Below are positions 35,409-51,012 of a stretch of DNA of 64,000 nt, in pieces (the first letter of the stretch is position 1; each line of letters opens with the position of its first letter). The notes under the pieces are model-generated. The model had not been told where the DNA came from and did not search any database. It saw only the letters and a program-made list of their open reading frames with translations. The translations under genes were made by a program, and so were the position numbers. Source of the DNA: the human T2T-CHM13v2.0 reference genome, Homo sapiens; NCBI RefSeq assembly GCF_009914755.1, contig NC_060925.1; one strand, given 5' to 3'.

Positions 35409-37102
35409 CTCCTGAGTCTCACAGCAATGTTTAAAACATCCAGATAATCACATTCTTTCAGTTACATTTTTAAAAACTACATCTTAAGTGCCTGCTACAT
35501 GCAGGCACACAAGCTCTGAGAGATACAAAACTTGAGATACAAGAAAGTAGAAGACATGATTCTTGCCCATGATATCTGTATTGGAGAGAATAAGTAAATA
35601 CTATAGGACAGACATCTGAGTAGCAGTATTTTATTAAATGTTATTACAAAGTGTTTCATAATTCCCAATATTTTCATTGTCTTTAAAAGTTCAAGAACAC
35701 TGTCACACAAACACTTTGAGGAGAATGACTAGTTTCTGTGTATGGGCGGGGGGAATGTCTGAAGGGAACAGCCCTTAGAGAAGGAGGAGGGGGCAACTGA
35801 ATGGATCAGCCAGAAGGATGCCTGCAGGTGTTGGTCGAAATCATTCCTGATGGCAACTGTGAGGCCCTCCCCAGGGGGTTTCACCCAAGGATCTTGAGAC
35901 TGGATAGAATTGATGCAGCAGGCTGTGATAACCAGAAGTGTGATTGAAACTTCATGAGAACAGAGATTCACAGTGAAATGAAAAGGATACGAAACCAGCA
36001 TGTGGTAACCCAATTCTTCCCAATATAGGAGGTTCTCAGTGGAAAATAACAAAACAAATAAATTTAAAAAGGAAATTTTCCTACCAAACCAACCAGTTCG
36101 AAACAGTGATGTGTATCAGACCGCAGAATACTCTCCCCCAATGGAAGCTGTAAAAATCCTCTCCACCTGAGTCATTTAAAAGTAGCCTGGTTAAAATAAT
36201 TGGAAATGTGCTCCAGGGAACAATCCATTAGTGGCCAAGGATGTGCAAGATAAATTGATATGTCCCTTAAAGTCCTACTTTCCATAGCACAACTTCTGGG
36301 GCATTAAGTTTTGATCGTTGCCTTCTTTAAAATAATTATTTTCTTACTAGTTTTATTTTCTTCAAAGCACTGCCTTTCACTGGCTGAGTATTAATACAGA
36401 AAGTGCTGTCTAGAGTGAAAATAGATCTCTTCAGGGTCAGAGTAAAACACTCTGCTCTGGTCTGTCTCTCGTATATTACATGTCTTCTATTGAGATGATG
36501 GAGGGCATTCAAACGTCTTTATCAGCCCCCTTTGGGGAGCCTTGAAAGGACTGAAGGTATTACTGGCTTCACTCATCAGTTCATTGACCTGGCCTGGCTG
36601 TCCGATTTATCTATATTCAGATGCAACTTTGGTCACAGGCTGAAGGAAATCATGAGTTTTGTGGGGAGTAGATGGATCTTTTCCTGAGATTCAGGTGGTT
36701 TGGAATAATGCCGACCACAGTACTCTTAAAAACTAACTACAAATGTATCCTTTCATTAAAAGATAAGATTCAAATCCAGAATCAGGGCCAAGCAAGCAAT
36801 CTGGAACCTCTAGGGGAAGCCTCAATAACAAAATGCCTCTGCATCTCAGTCTAGCTAACCCTGTGGACTCTAAATTGTGAGAATTAGCAAAGAAAGATAA
36901 AAGGTCCTGTGGAAATGTTCCCCTAAAAGCAGTTTTAGTTTTCACAAACTAGTAATTTTGTTATTTTGCCTACCACAGACATTTTCCCTTTTCTAGCTTT
37001 CTTATTTGTTCCCTATTTCACTTTTGTCTTTATTGAGCAGCCCTTTATTGAATGCATGTCATGCAGCAGACACTCTGCTAAACACTGGGAGTGCAAAGAT
37101 GG

Positions 37103-37456
37103 TGCTATGGTCTGAATGTGTCCCCCTAAAATTCATAGGTTGAATTCTAACCACCAAGGTGATGGTATTTGAAGGTGAGGCCTTTGGGAGGAAAACAGGT
37201 CATAAGAGATCTGCCTTCATGAATGAAATTAATGCCCTTGTAAAAGAAACCGCAGAGAACTGCATTACCACTTCCAACATGTGAGGACATGAAGAAGTTG
37301 CTCTCTGTGAGGAAAAAGCCCTCACCAGACACTGAATCTACCAGCACTTATGTCTTAGACTTCTCATCCTCCAGAACTGTGAGAAACAAATGTTTATTGT
37401 TTATAAACCGCCCAGTTTATGGTATTTTCGTTATAGCAGCAGAAAAGACTAAGACA
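37103..37456 (+). mobile_element. MaLR solo LTR (MLT1A0-like) inserted in an L2 end
   Basis: tgctatggtctgaatgtgtcccc...gccctcaccagacactgaatctaccagcac...cctccagaactgtgagaaacaaatg...gactaagaca. Confidence 0.88.
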
Positions 37457-37490
37457 GACAGGTAATGTGCATTCCTTGTTCCCACGGACA

Positions 37491-37790
37491 TTTTTCTTTA
37501 AAATTATTCTTTGTAGAGATGAGGTCTCCCTCTGTTGCCCAGGCTGGAGTGCAGTGGCATGGTCATAGCTCACTATAACCTCAAACTCCTGGGTTCAGGC
37601 AATCCCCTCAGCCCCCTGAGTATCTGGGACTACAGGCATGTGCTACCATGCCCAACTAATTTTGAAAATATTTGTAGAGATGGGCTCTTGCTGTGTTGCC
37701 CAGGCTGATCTCAAAGTCCTGGCCCCAAAAGGTCCTCCCACCTCAGCCTCCCAAAGCACTGGCATTACAGGTGTGAACCATTGCACTTCT
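37491..37790 (-). mobile_element. AluJ, diverged
   Basis: tctgttgcccaggctggagtgcagtggcatggtcatagctcact...cctcccaaagcactggcattacaggtgtgaacc. Confidence 0.9.
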
Positions 37791-39003
37791 TCCATGAAGA
37801 AAGAAATCCTCTTTCATGTTTTTACTTGTTAAGTACAGGTTAAGTTCCTACAAAAGACCCCAAAATACAGTTGAGTTATGTAAGATAGAGGTGTTTTTTT
37901 CTTTTCCTTTTTTCATGCAACAGTTTGGAGAGTTTTGTTGGGGATCCTCTGCACCATAAAATTGTACCAAAATGCAGTTTTTGCTAACTATGTATTTGTC
38001 ATTTCCTAGGAAGTTTTCTTCCTCATCACAGTTGAAGATAACTAAAACAAAAGCATTGGAAGGCCCCTGATTTCCCTCAGGGAAGAGATGCATAAATTGC
38101 ATATTTCCCAGCCATCCCTACTGAGAACTGGAATATCTGCAGTGATAGGTCATGTATTCTGTAAAATCCAGAGTATCCTTTTTCCAAATGTAAAGGGAAA
38201 AGAACAAAGACTGGGGACAGTTGGAATCTTTGCTGTAAGGACAAAGTGGAAGAGACACTGAAAAAGAAACCGGAAGAGCTCAGTAACTTGCCCAGTCGCT
38301 ATGGAAAGTCATTTAGTCCTCGGTTTCTTCATTTTTAAGTGAGGAGTTGAAGGAAATAATTCCGAGATCCTTTCAACCTCAGTGTTGTAGGAGACTCTTT
38401 CCCACCCACATCTCTATCTCTGTCTCCACTTTCATAATTCAAAAACGGGCATGTGAATGTCAATGAGAGTGCTTTCTTTCCTTTTTTAATTCTCTATCTT
38501 TCTAAAAGGAACATGAAGTGTCGATGCTTTCACCTTGATAAACTGTGAATGCGTTTTCCATCATTCCCCTTGCTCTCAGCCTCCTCTCATTCTAGCAGGT
38601 GAGCCGTTATTCCTGACAAATGAGTCACTTCAGAGAATGTTCTTGGAGGAAAGTTTGGGAAAAAGCAAACTAAGACTTAAAAAAAAAGAAAAGCTATTTC
38701 CTTGCCTTTTTTTTTTTTTTATAAAAGTAAGTAGATACACATGAAAAAGGAAAGGGACCGAAAGTAAGATGGTAGAAATGAGTAGAGATGGCTTGTACAG
38801 TAGAGTACAATGGACACTCGCTGACGGGATGAAAAAAGAGTGAGGAATATGGAAGAAGAAAATAAAACCTTTTTTCAATAAAGTGTATTGTGATTTCTAT
38901 ATTAAATTTAGAGAAATATTACATTTTATATGAAACTATCCTATATTGCATATACAGCTTCTTTAAAAATATTTATAACCTAAAGAGATGATTATTCTAC
39001 TTA

Positions 39004-40087
39004 TCTTTTAAATAATAGCTTTATTGAGATATAATTTACATAGCACAAAATTCAGCCATTCCAAGTATGAACTCCAGTATTATTTAGTATATTAACAGGG
39101 TTGTGTAACCATCATTACTATTTAATTTTATAGCATTTTTGTCCCCCTCAGAAGAAACTCTGTACCCATTAGCAGTCACTGCCTGAAACTCCTTTCTCAT
39201 CCACAGTCCTTAATCTACTTTCTCAATCTACTTTCTGTCTCTATGAATTTCCCTATTATGAACATTTTATATAAATGGAAGTTTACAATATCTGGGTTTA
39301 TTTCTGGATTCTCGATTCTTTTCCATTTATCTATATGTTTATTCTTCAGTACTACATGATCTTGATCACTGTAGGTTTGCAGTCAGTTTTGAAATCAGGT
39401 AATGTGAATTCCCCTAATTCAATTTTTCAAGATTTGTTTAGATATTCTGGGTCTTTTGGATTTCTGTAAAAGTTTTAGTTCTAGCTTGTCAATGCCTTCA
39501 GAAAAGGGAGATGAGACTTTAATAGGGACTGTGCTGAGTGTGTACATCAATTAAGCCTTCTGATCCATGAACATGAGATATCTTTCCATTTATTTAGAGT
39601 TTTAAAATTTCTTTCAGTAATGTTTTATAGTACTTATCTTACACTTCTTTAGTTAAATTTGTTCCTGTGCATTTTGTCTTTCTGATGCCATCATAAATAA
39701 AATATTCCTAAATTTCATTTTCAGATTGTTCATCACCAGTGTTTAGAAATACAGTGGATTTTTGGATATTGATCTTGTATCTTGCAGCCTTGCTGAACTC
39801 ATTTATTACTTCTAACAGTTGTATTGTAGATTCCTTAGGATTGTCTATATAAAAGAACTGCAAAAACATTTTTACTTTTTCCTTTCCAATTGGGATGCAT
39901 TTATTTCTTTTTCTTTCCAAATTTCCCTGGCTAGAAGGTCCAGTGCAATGTTGAATAGAAGTGGACATCTTTATTTTATTTCTAAGCTTAGAGGGACATT
40001 TTTCATTCCTTTTGCCATTAAGTGTAATGTTAAGTGTGGGAGTTTGGTAGACTTTATCAAGCTGAAGATGTTGCTTTTTATTCCTAC

Positions 40088-40136
<49 letters not shown>

Positions 40137-43100
40137 CATGAAAGGTCCTGAATATTCCATGTGCATGTAAAAAGAACATGCATTTTGCTGTTGTTGGTTG
40201 AAGTGAACTACAGATTTCTGTTAGGTCTAGTTGATTTATACTTTTGTACAAGTTTTATTTTTCCTTATTAATCTTTTGCCTAATTGTTGTATCCATTACT
40301 GAAAGTGAAGTATTTAAGTCTTCAACTTCCATTGTTGAATTGTCTACTTCTCCCTTCAATTTTTTTGGATTTTGTTTAATGTATTTTGGGGCTTTGTTGC
40401 TAGATGCATATATATATATATAATAGTTATATCTTCCTAATAGATTGAGTCTTTTATCATTATAAGGTCTTTTTAATACTCTAATAACATTTTTTCTTAG
40501 AGTTTATTTTGTCTGATATTAGTATAACACTCAATTTCTCTTTTGGTTGCTATGTGCAAGGTATATATATAATTTTCCATCCTTTTACTTTCAGCTATTT
40601 GTGTCTTTGAAACTAAAGTGAGTCTCTTTAGATTTTAAATTGTGACTTTGAATCTAAAAAGTATGATAGCATTAGGTTTTTGAGTTTCATTCTATCAGTC
40701 TCTACCTTTTGATTGAAATGCTTTAATCCAATTACTTTTAATATAACTACTGCTAAGGTAAGACATTTGACATTTTACTGTTTGTTTTCTATACATCTTA
40801 CTTTTTTGTTTCTCTATTTCTCCATTACTCTTTTCTTTTATGTTAAACATATATTTTCTAGTACACCATCTAACATCTTAACTTAAAATAATCTACTTCA
40901 TGTTAACACCAGCTTAATTTCAGTGTACTACAAAAAACTTTGTTTCAATGTAGCTCCATTAACCACTTCCTTTGTGCTTTTATTGTCATACAGATTACAT
41001 CTTTATACTTTATATGCCTATCAACACAGTTTTATTATTATTGCTTTATCTGTGTATCTTTTAAACTTGATAATAAAAGGGTTATAAGTAAAAAATAAGT
41101 TTATACTGTGTTTTGTATTTAGCTATGTAGTTATCTTAACCTGGTGTTCTTTCTGTCTTTATGTGGATTCAAATTACCATCTAGTATTCTTTTATTTTAT
41201 TCCAAAGGATATTGTTTATTTTTATTTTTATTTTAGTATTTTTTGTAGGGCAGATGTACTAGTGATGAGTTCTCTCAGTTTTTGTTTATCTGGAAATGGC
41301 TTAATTTTTCTTTATATTTGGAGGTTAGTTTTACTGAATATAGGGTTCTTGGTTGACAAAGCACATCAAATATGTCTTCCCATTGCTTTCTGTCCTTCCT
41401 AGTTTCTGATAAGAAGTAAGTTTTTAATATTATTGAAGATCCCTTGTTTGTAATAAATAAATTACTTTTGTCTTGCTGCTTCCAAGACTCTCTCTATCTT
41501 TATTTCTCAGCAGTTTGACTATCCATCCATCACTGAGGTATCCATCTCTTTGTTTATCCTACTTGGAGTTAATTGATTTTCTTGGATGGACAGATTGTTT
41601 TTCATCAAATTTAGGAAGTTTATGGCCATTATTTTAAAAAATATTATTTCTGCCTCTTTCTATTCTTCGGAGCCTCTCATTATATGTTTGTTGATATGCT
41701 TGGTGGTGTCCCACAAGTCTCTGAAGCTCTGCTCATTTTTTTCATTTATTTTTCTTTCTGTTCCTCTGACTGGATAAATCTCAAAATTTTTGAAATTTCT
41801 TTTTAATATTTGGAGGTTGGTTTTACTGAAATTCACTGATTCTTTCCTCTGTCAGCTCAAACCTGCACTTGAGCCCCACTAACACACATTTTATTTAAAT
41901 TATTTTACTTTTCAACTCCAGAATTTTTTTCTTCTCCTTTTTTGTAAATAATTTCTATGTCTTAATTGATATTTATATGTGATGACACATGGTTCTCATA
42001 CTTTTCTTTAATGCATTAGACATGATTTCCTTTTTCTTTAAACATGTTAATAGTAGCTGACTTAAATCTTTATCGATTAAGTTCAGCATCTGGGCTTTCT
42101 CAGAAATAGTTTCCATTGACAGTTTTTGGGTTTGATTTTGTTTTTACCCCTGTGTATTGGCCACATTTTCTTGTTTTTTTGCATGTTGCATGATTTTTGT
42201 GTTGAAACTGGGCATGCTAAGTAATACAATTTGGTAAGTAGATAAAGCAGATTTTCTCCTCCTTAGGGCTGTTTTTGTTGTTGTTGCTCCTGCTGTTTGT
42301 TTGGTAACTTTCCTGGTCTAATTTTGTAAAGTTTGTATTCTTTGTCATGTGTGTTTAATTAGCTTAGTGGTCAGCTAATGATTGAACCAAGATCCCTAAC
42401 TATTTGGAACCAATTAACTTTTGTTGAGAGGCTGTGTGTGTGTTTGTGTTGGGACATGCCTTCAAGGCTCTGGTAAGCAATTGATAATTGTCTTAATCTT
42501 CACCTTCTGCTGTGCAAAGCTTCAAGGTAAGCCAGAAGTGAGAAAGTGGAGTCTTCTATGGCTTTTCCTGTGCATGCACACAGCTCTGCTTATGCATGTG
42601 TCTTTCTAGATTCCCGGGAATATGTCAGACCTTTTCAGAGCACCCTAGGGACATCTCATTCTCTAATTTCTCTGAGTTCTTTTGGCCAGCCTCTTTTAGC
42701 TACAGCTGATACTGCCACCTCAAAAAGCTGCAATGTTAACCAATTGCCAATGATTATTTTTGACAAATGTACTGAATACAGGGATGTTAAGACAGATCAA
42801 GACCTGAGTTAAATATAGCTCTTCAGGTATTTTCTGATAGGTTAAAGAGTGACGATTTGCTGGAGATGGAGCTTTTAAGAAAATGCTGAACTTTCCAAAG
42901 TCTGCTGGACTGCTGCTTTTCACAGCTACTGTAGTTGAAAGTCTGTTGGTTTTCAAGGTTGAGGAAAGAGAGATGGGAATAGGGTAAGTAAAAACACCAA
43001 TAGGCTTACTGTTCTTATTAAGACATATCAATTTTCTTGAAATAACCCTCCTCAGGTTGTTACAAACCTTTTATTAATTTCCAGAGTGCAGAAAACTTTG

Positions 43101-43190
43101 TTTCTGACATTTTTGCCAGTATTGACATTGCTTATTTGAAGAAGCATATTTTTGGAGCCTTACTCTACTGTTCTGTAAATGCCACTTTCT
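39004..43190 (-). mobile_element. Ancient L1M, internally deleted mosaic (3'UTR, ORF2 pieces, ORF1/5' region)
   Basis: 3' end agctttattgagatataatttacatagcacaaaattcagcc; ORF 39708..40166 carries ORF2-like LLEVINEFSKAARYKINIQKSTVFL. Confidence 0.85.
40090..40130. repeat. (TG)20 microsatellite
   Basis: Direct reading. Confidence 0.95.
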
Positions 43191-43769
43191 ATCATGTACT
43201 TTTGCAATAGATCTCCTACTACATTGCCACTGGCACCTACTTGATGCCAAATAATTCTTGGATGTTTGGGACTAAGTTCCTATTTGGTTCTCTCAAGGTT
43301 GAATTATTCTAAACAGATACACTTTTACTTGGGTCCAGCTTTCATTACCTTTAGAATCTAAACTGGGTTATAGATTAAACATGAGGCCCTCTAAAGACAG
43401 GTTTGGGAGAGCAGAGGAATGTCCGTAATTTCTTGCAGCCCTATTTTCCTCAACACCCTCTGTTATTCATAAACCTCACTTGACTCTTTTTAAAATGAAT
43501 TTTTCTGTAGTCTGTTGGTTCTGAGTGGCCAGCTTGAAGGATTCCTAAGTTATAGTTGCTGGAATGAAACATCCTTCTCAATTTCAAAAAGTTCAAATTA
43601 AGCCCTTCTCTCCCTTTCCCCACCCAGGACAGTATATTAAGAACTTAAGGTATCAAGCCAAAGGTGAAGCTCCTCAGGAGACAAGGGACTTTAGTTATTT
43701 CTGGGCGGACAATGCTGTCTCTAGTTTTTGTATCTATTTTATATCCTATCAATATTCTAAATACTTGAC

Positions 43770-44153
<384 letters not shown>

Positions 44154-44564
44154 TAATTTATTTAACACTGAATATATGTCAAGCATTTGGTTGGTCACTG
44201 ATAACATAAACTGTATTAAACATAAAAATTTTCCTAACATTTACATTTTCTGCTCCCAATATGAGATATACTCTTGTCCTCTAACCAGCTCTGCCTGTAG
44301 CTTGTCATATAATCTTATGGGAGTCTTTTTCCCCCTGGTCTGCCTTACACTTCTCAAATTTAATATGGTAGGCTAACATTAGGTATATTTAAGACCTTTT
44401 ACCTCCTTGGATCTAATATTTCATATCACCTCTTTACCCTTATTTCTTCCTCTACTCAAAAAGTTCAACATGATGAAGGAATAAATGGTAAGTCTTTATC
44501 TTTGTTTAAGACACATTTTATTGAACACTACATTTCAGGAACTGGGCCAAGCACTTTATAGAGG

Positions 44565-44572
44565 CTCTCTCT

Positions 44573-44617
<45 letters not shown>

Positions 44618-44715
44618 TAATACACACACATACATATATACATACACACATATGCATATGTATACATATATATGTGTGTATGTGTTATATAAATATAGAA
44701 TCTCTCCCTCTCTCT

Positions 44716-44718
<3 letters not shown>
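44565..44718. repeat. Compound (CT)n(CA)n(TA/TG)n(CT)n microsatellite
   Basis: Direct reading. Confidence 0.9.
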
Positions 44719-45011
<293 letters not shown>

Positions 45012-45879
45012 ACTGAAATCTTTCTTACCTTTCTACCTGTCCCTCATACTTTAGTGTTGCTATATAGCGAATATAATATGTGGGTTCTTCCTTCTCCTCC
45101 TCTATTTTTTCACTGGTTTTGGAGTTCTTTTTTGGAACAGCAACATCTTATCCCATTCCCTTTCCCCCTAACCAGATTCCAACAAGTAATAAAAATATAA
45201 TATATGGTAAATAGTGAACAACAGTCTTTATTAATAGACCTTGGTAACATTTTCTCTCCATGCATCCCTACTAGGACTGAATTGGAGAACTGAGGAATTA
45301 CCTGATGCCAGAAAGAGCAACTCTTAGCATCTTACCTCAAGTCCAGACATTGAATCTTTGGAGAGAATTTATTCTGCAAAGACTAAGTATACTTATCCTA
45401 CAGTAGCTACTCTTGTGGAGGTAAACAATTGTGTCTTGACCTAGAAACAAAATCTTGGTAAGAATGCAAGATGTCAGAGTGTTCAGAAGAGAGTGAAATA
45501 GGATTTATACTGTCTTTTTCAATGCAGCGACTTCGATATGACTCAATAAACACCAGTCTCTTACCTGATGTATCTCCTGATATGATGTCTTCCCAGTCAG
45601 ATCTATTTCTCCTCCTCCCTTAGAAAGAGGGAAATAAGGGGTAGAGAGCCACAGCTTAGGAATGGAACTAAGAGAAGAAACAAGCTTCTCCAATGTATTC
45701 TGTTGCCACTAGTTTCTAGTTGTTGTTGTTTTTAAATACAGTTTAAACCCCATCTTCTCTATAAACCTTACATTAGAAATCCAATGATTTTTATCTTCCT
45801 TCCAACACCAAAGTCAATATGACTTATTTTAAAATACTTCATTCCAATGCTTAACACAAGTAGAAAGCAAAAAAAGGAG

Positions 45880-47502
45880 AAAGAAAGGGAACTACACATA
45901 TTTGGTAAAAATATTTTTCAAAAATAAAGGCAACAATAAAGTCATTTTGAGACAAGGAAAATTTGAAAGAATTTGTCTCTTACGGACCTGCACTAGAGGA
46001 AATGCTAGAAGATGTTTATCATGATGAGGAGAAATAATATCATATAAATACTCCAAATTTCAGGAAGGAAGGTAGAGCAGTATATTTTAAATTCTATAAA
46101 AGAGAATGTATTTAATATAATAATAATAATAATACATAGTGTGGCTTATAGTATATGTGGAAGTGAAATATATGATAAAATCGCAAATGATAAGACAATT
46201 GGAAAAAACATTTATATTATTATAGGTTTTAAACTAATTTTAAAGTCATATAATATTATTTGAATATATACAAGGATAATGTAATCTCTATAGCAATAAC
46301 TAAAAGTCACATACACAAAGAAGTATATTAAAAGGCAAGAAGAAAAGATGAAATGAAATATTAAAACAGTATAACTCATCAATACAAAAGGAAATTAAAA
46401 ACAGATTAACATAATAGATAGAATAACCAAAAACAAATGAACAAAAATTCTGAAGCATAGACTCAAACCCAAGCATCTAAATAATTTTATTAAATGTAAA
46501 TGGACGAAACATTTCAACTAAAAGAACAGATTGCCATACTGCATAAAAAATAAGACTAAATTATATGCTGCTCTAAAGATTTAGTGGTTGAAAACTAAAG
46601 GATAAAGAACAATGCAAAATTATGTGCAAGGAAGCCAGTGTGGTTATATTAATGACCAGACTAAGTCAACTGGCAAGAGGAAAAGTAGTCTCAGAAAATA
46701 AAAGACATTCATATTGATAAAAGGAATAATGTATCACAAAGATATAACCATTCTAAGTATGTATTCATCTAATAACAGTGCTTCAAATTACATGAAACAG
46801 AAACTGACAGACAGAAAAAGAATAATAGAAAATCTACAAGTATAGTTCGTGATTTTAAAACCCTTTTCTCAGTAATTTATAGAAAAAAATGGGGAAAAAA
46901 TTGGATCAAAGACTCAGCTGTTAGAAGATCTAAACAGCATTATCCACCAATTTCATCTTATTGACATGTTTAGAAGACTACACTCTAAAACTGAAGAATA
47001 CATATTCTTTTTAAGTGTACATATTATGTTCACCCAGAAATAGCATAGGCTTGGCCATAAAATTAGTCTCAATAAATTTTAGGAGATTGAAACAAAGGGA
47101 AAGTTTCCTATACACCAGTATTAAATTATAAATAAATAACAAGGTATCTTTAAACCTTCAAAATGCTTGCAAATTAAAATAACCCATGGATTAAAAAAAT
47201 CACAAGAGAAAACAAAATGTTTCTCATAAACAGAAATGAAAACATAACATCAACAATTTTTTGAGCAAGATCTTTTGTACATTATGATAGTGTGTATAAT
47301 TACTTTCCAGAACTTTTATTTGCAGTTTATTTTGGAGTTAAACATACATGACTTTACTCAAAAACCACACTCTAGATATTTAAACAAGGTAAATGAAAAT
47401 ATATTCTGTCAAGAAGTTGTTCATAAGAATATTCATAGCATTCATCCGTGTTAGCTATAAATTGTAAACAATCCAAACAATCATTAACAAATTAATGGAT
47501 TT
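45880..47502 (+). mobile_element. Very old L1 (L1ME-like): ORF1 end, endonuclease region and 3' piece
   Basis: ttaaatgtaaatggacgaaac...ctaataacagtgcttcaaattacatgaaacagaaactgacaga...gaatacatattctttttaagtgtacat. Confidence 0.7.
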
Positions 47503-50500
47503 ATGCTATAGAAAGATTCTAGGAAGATGGCAGAGTAGGAATCACCAGGAATTTCTACCCCCAACTAGAGAACAATTGCACTGACAAAATCTGTCTGATG
47601 TAACTATTTTGGAACTCTGGAATCTATTGAAGTCTTTCAACTTCTAGGGAAAGCCTTGAATAGTAAATGGTGGTTAATTTCAGTTAATTTTACCTCTTAG
47701 CTCAGCAGCACCTACCCATTTACCATTCCCCATCCCTGTGGCAATCAGCAGTGCATGTATTCCAGGCGCATCTTGCATGCAGGTTGTGGGAGCCAAGGTG
47801 GGCAAAAAGAATCCTGTCCTCAAAAAACAGGCATTCTATGTTCTGATTACTGATTGCTGCTTCATGGGGGAGCAGACACAAAAGCAGGTAGCCATTATTG
47901 CCTTCCTGCCCCATATTGTTGCAAACCTCACCCTTTATAGCTGAAGTAACTTCCATGAGATTTAAAGGGCTGATGCTTTTCCTCCACCATTATCTTGCTC
48001 TTTTCCCCCCTTTTGGGAGACAGATGTTGAAGACTAGGGCATTCAAAAATAAACTGCATATACAGGAGAAATTAGAAAAGCACCATACATGCCCAGGGAA
48101 AAGTATAGGCTCAGAAAATACCTTTGAAGATCTTAAGTTTATACCTCAGGCTTATCTTCAGAATAGAGATGGCCTGTAACATTATTTTTTAAAAAGCAAA
48201 ACAAAAACGAGCAAACTCTGAGGAAAAGGGAGAATCTGATTTCCAAAATTACTTCATAGATTCAAAATGCCCAGTTTTCAACCAAAAATTATAAGACATA
48301 CAAAGAAACAGGAAATAATAGCTCATTCAGAGAGAAAACTAAACCAATAGACATTGTCCCAGAGAAAGACTAGTTAGGTGGACCTAGCTAAACAAAGACT
48401 TTAAAACAACTGTCATAAAGGTGCTTAAAGAATTAAAGAAAAATGTGGAGGAAGTCAAGCAAACAATGTATGAAGAAAATGGAAATGTCCATAAAGAGAT
48501 AGAAAATCTTAAAAACCCTAAAAATAAATTTTAGAGCTTAAAAGTATAATAACTAAGATGAAAGTTTTACTAGAGATATTTAAAGGAAGATTAGAGCAGG
48601 CAGAAGAATTAAAAAACTTGACCATTTGAAATTAACAATTTGAAAGAAACCGAAATTATCAAATTTGAAAAACAGGAAAAAAAATATTGAAGAAAATTTA
48701 ACAGAGCCTAAGGGACCTGTGGGGCACTATCAAGTGGACCAACACACGCATTTTGGGGATCCTAGAAGGAGAAGAGAAAAAGAAAGTGACAGAGATTATC
48801 TGAAGAAATAATGGCTGAAAACTGCTCAAATTTGATGAAAGATATGAATATAAATATCTAAGAAACTCAATGGACTCAAAGCAGGATAAATTCAAAGAGA
48901 TCCACATTGAGAATCTTTTTTTCCCCTCCTGCTATACTCATCTGAGACACCAAGAATCTCAAAAGCAATGACAGAGAAGTGACTTGTCTCATATGAAGGA
49001 CTTTCAATGATGTTATCCATAGATTTCTCATCAGAAGCTTTGGAGGCCAGAAGACAGTGGACTGACATCTACAGTGCTAAAAAAAAATAAAACTTTCAAC
49101 CAGGATTCTATATTTAAACCTTCTTAAAAATTGAGAGAAAACTTAAGACATTCCAAGACAAATAAAAGCTGAGGAAGTCTGTTACCATTAGATCAGCTTT
49201 GCAAGAAATGTTGAAGGAAGTCCTGCAGGTTGAAATGAAAAGATGACTGTAACTCAAAATCATATGAAAAAATAAATGTTTCAGTAAAGGTAAATGCACA
49301 GGCAATTACAAAGCTAGTATTATTGTAACTGTAGTTTATAACACCATATTTGTTTTCTAAATCATTTAAGAAACTAGTACAATAAAAATTCTTTATGTTT
49401 TTGGACACAAAGCCTGTAAAGATGTAATTTTATGATATTGATAACGGAAAGGGTTGGGAATGGAACTGAAAAAAGCAGAGTTTTTATTATTGAAATTATG
49501 CTGGTATAAATTTAAATTAGAGTGTTATAACTTTAGGATGTTAAATGTAATCCCTATAGTAACACAAAAAACAATAGTTGTAGAATATACATACAAGGGA
49601 ATGAGAAGGGAATTGAACCTTTCATCACAAGAAAATGAACTAAACACAAAAGGCAGTTAAAGCAAGAAATGAAGAACGAAAATCTGTAAGACATATAGAA
49701 ACAAAGCAAAATAACCTAAGTGAATCTCTCTTTGTCACTAGTTACTTTAAATAGAAATGAATTAAACTCTCTAATCAAAGACAGAGATTGGTAGAAATAT
49801 TTTTAAATGACTCAGCTCTATGCTGTCTGTAAGAGACTAACTTTAGATTGAAAGACACAGGTAAGTTAAAAATGAAGTATGGAAAAATATATTTCATATA
49901 AACAGTAAACAAAAAAGAAGAGTGAGACAAAGAATGAAATTATATATTAACAAAAAGTTAAATACAACAAAAAGATATGATTATTATAAACATTTATACA
50001 TCTAATAACAGACATCAAAATATTTGAAGCAAAAATTAACAGAATTGAAGGGAGAAATAAGCAGTTCTACAACGATTATTGGAAACTTTGATATCCCCTT
50101 CTCAATAAGAGATAGAAAAAGCTTGGCAGAAGATAAGTAAGGAAATAGAGGACTTAAATAACACAATAAACAAAATATATCTAACAGACATGTATAGAAC
50201 ACTTTACCCAGTAAAAATAGAATACATTTTTCTCAAGTGCTCATGAAACATTCTCCATGACAAACCATAGGTTAGATCACAAATCCTCAGTAGATTTTAG
50301 AAGATAGGTATCACGCAAAGTATATTCTTTGACCACACCAAGATGATGGTAAAAATCAATCGCAGAAGGAAAACTGGAAAATTAACAAATCTGTGGAAAT
50401 TAAAGCACATATTCTTAAATAACTAATGAATCAAAGAGGAAATCACAAGGAAATTTAGAAAACACTTAGAGATAAATGAAAATGAAAACACAACATAACA

Positions 50501-51012
50501 AAGCTTATGGGACTCAGCAAAAGCAGTGCCAGGGAAGAAATTTATTGTGATAAATGCTTACATTAAAAAAGAAAGATCTCAAACAACCTAACTTTACAAT
50601 CCAAGGAACTAGAAAAAAGAAAACGAACTGAACCCAAAGCTAGCAGATGAAAGAAAATAATAAATATGAGAGCAGGGATAAATAAAATAGAAAGTAAACA
50701 AAACAACAAAGAGAAAATCAACAAAGCCAAAAGTTAGTTCTTTGAAAAGATCAGCAAAATGGACAAATCTTTAGCTACTTGGCTTACAAAATGGAAGATT
50801 AAAATTGCTTAAATAACTGAAAGTGGGGACATTATTGCTGATTCTACAGAAATAAAACACATTGTAAGAGAGCATTATAACCAACTGTACACCAACAAAT
50901 TGGATGACCTAGATGAAATGGACAAGTTCCTAGAAACACAAAACCTACCAAGACTGTATTACAAAGAAATAGAAATCTGAATAAATCTATAACTCAGAAA
51001 AAGATTGAATCA

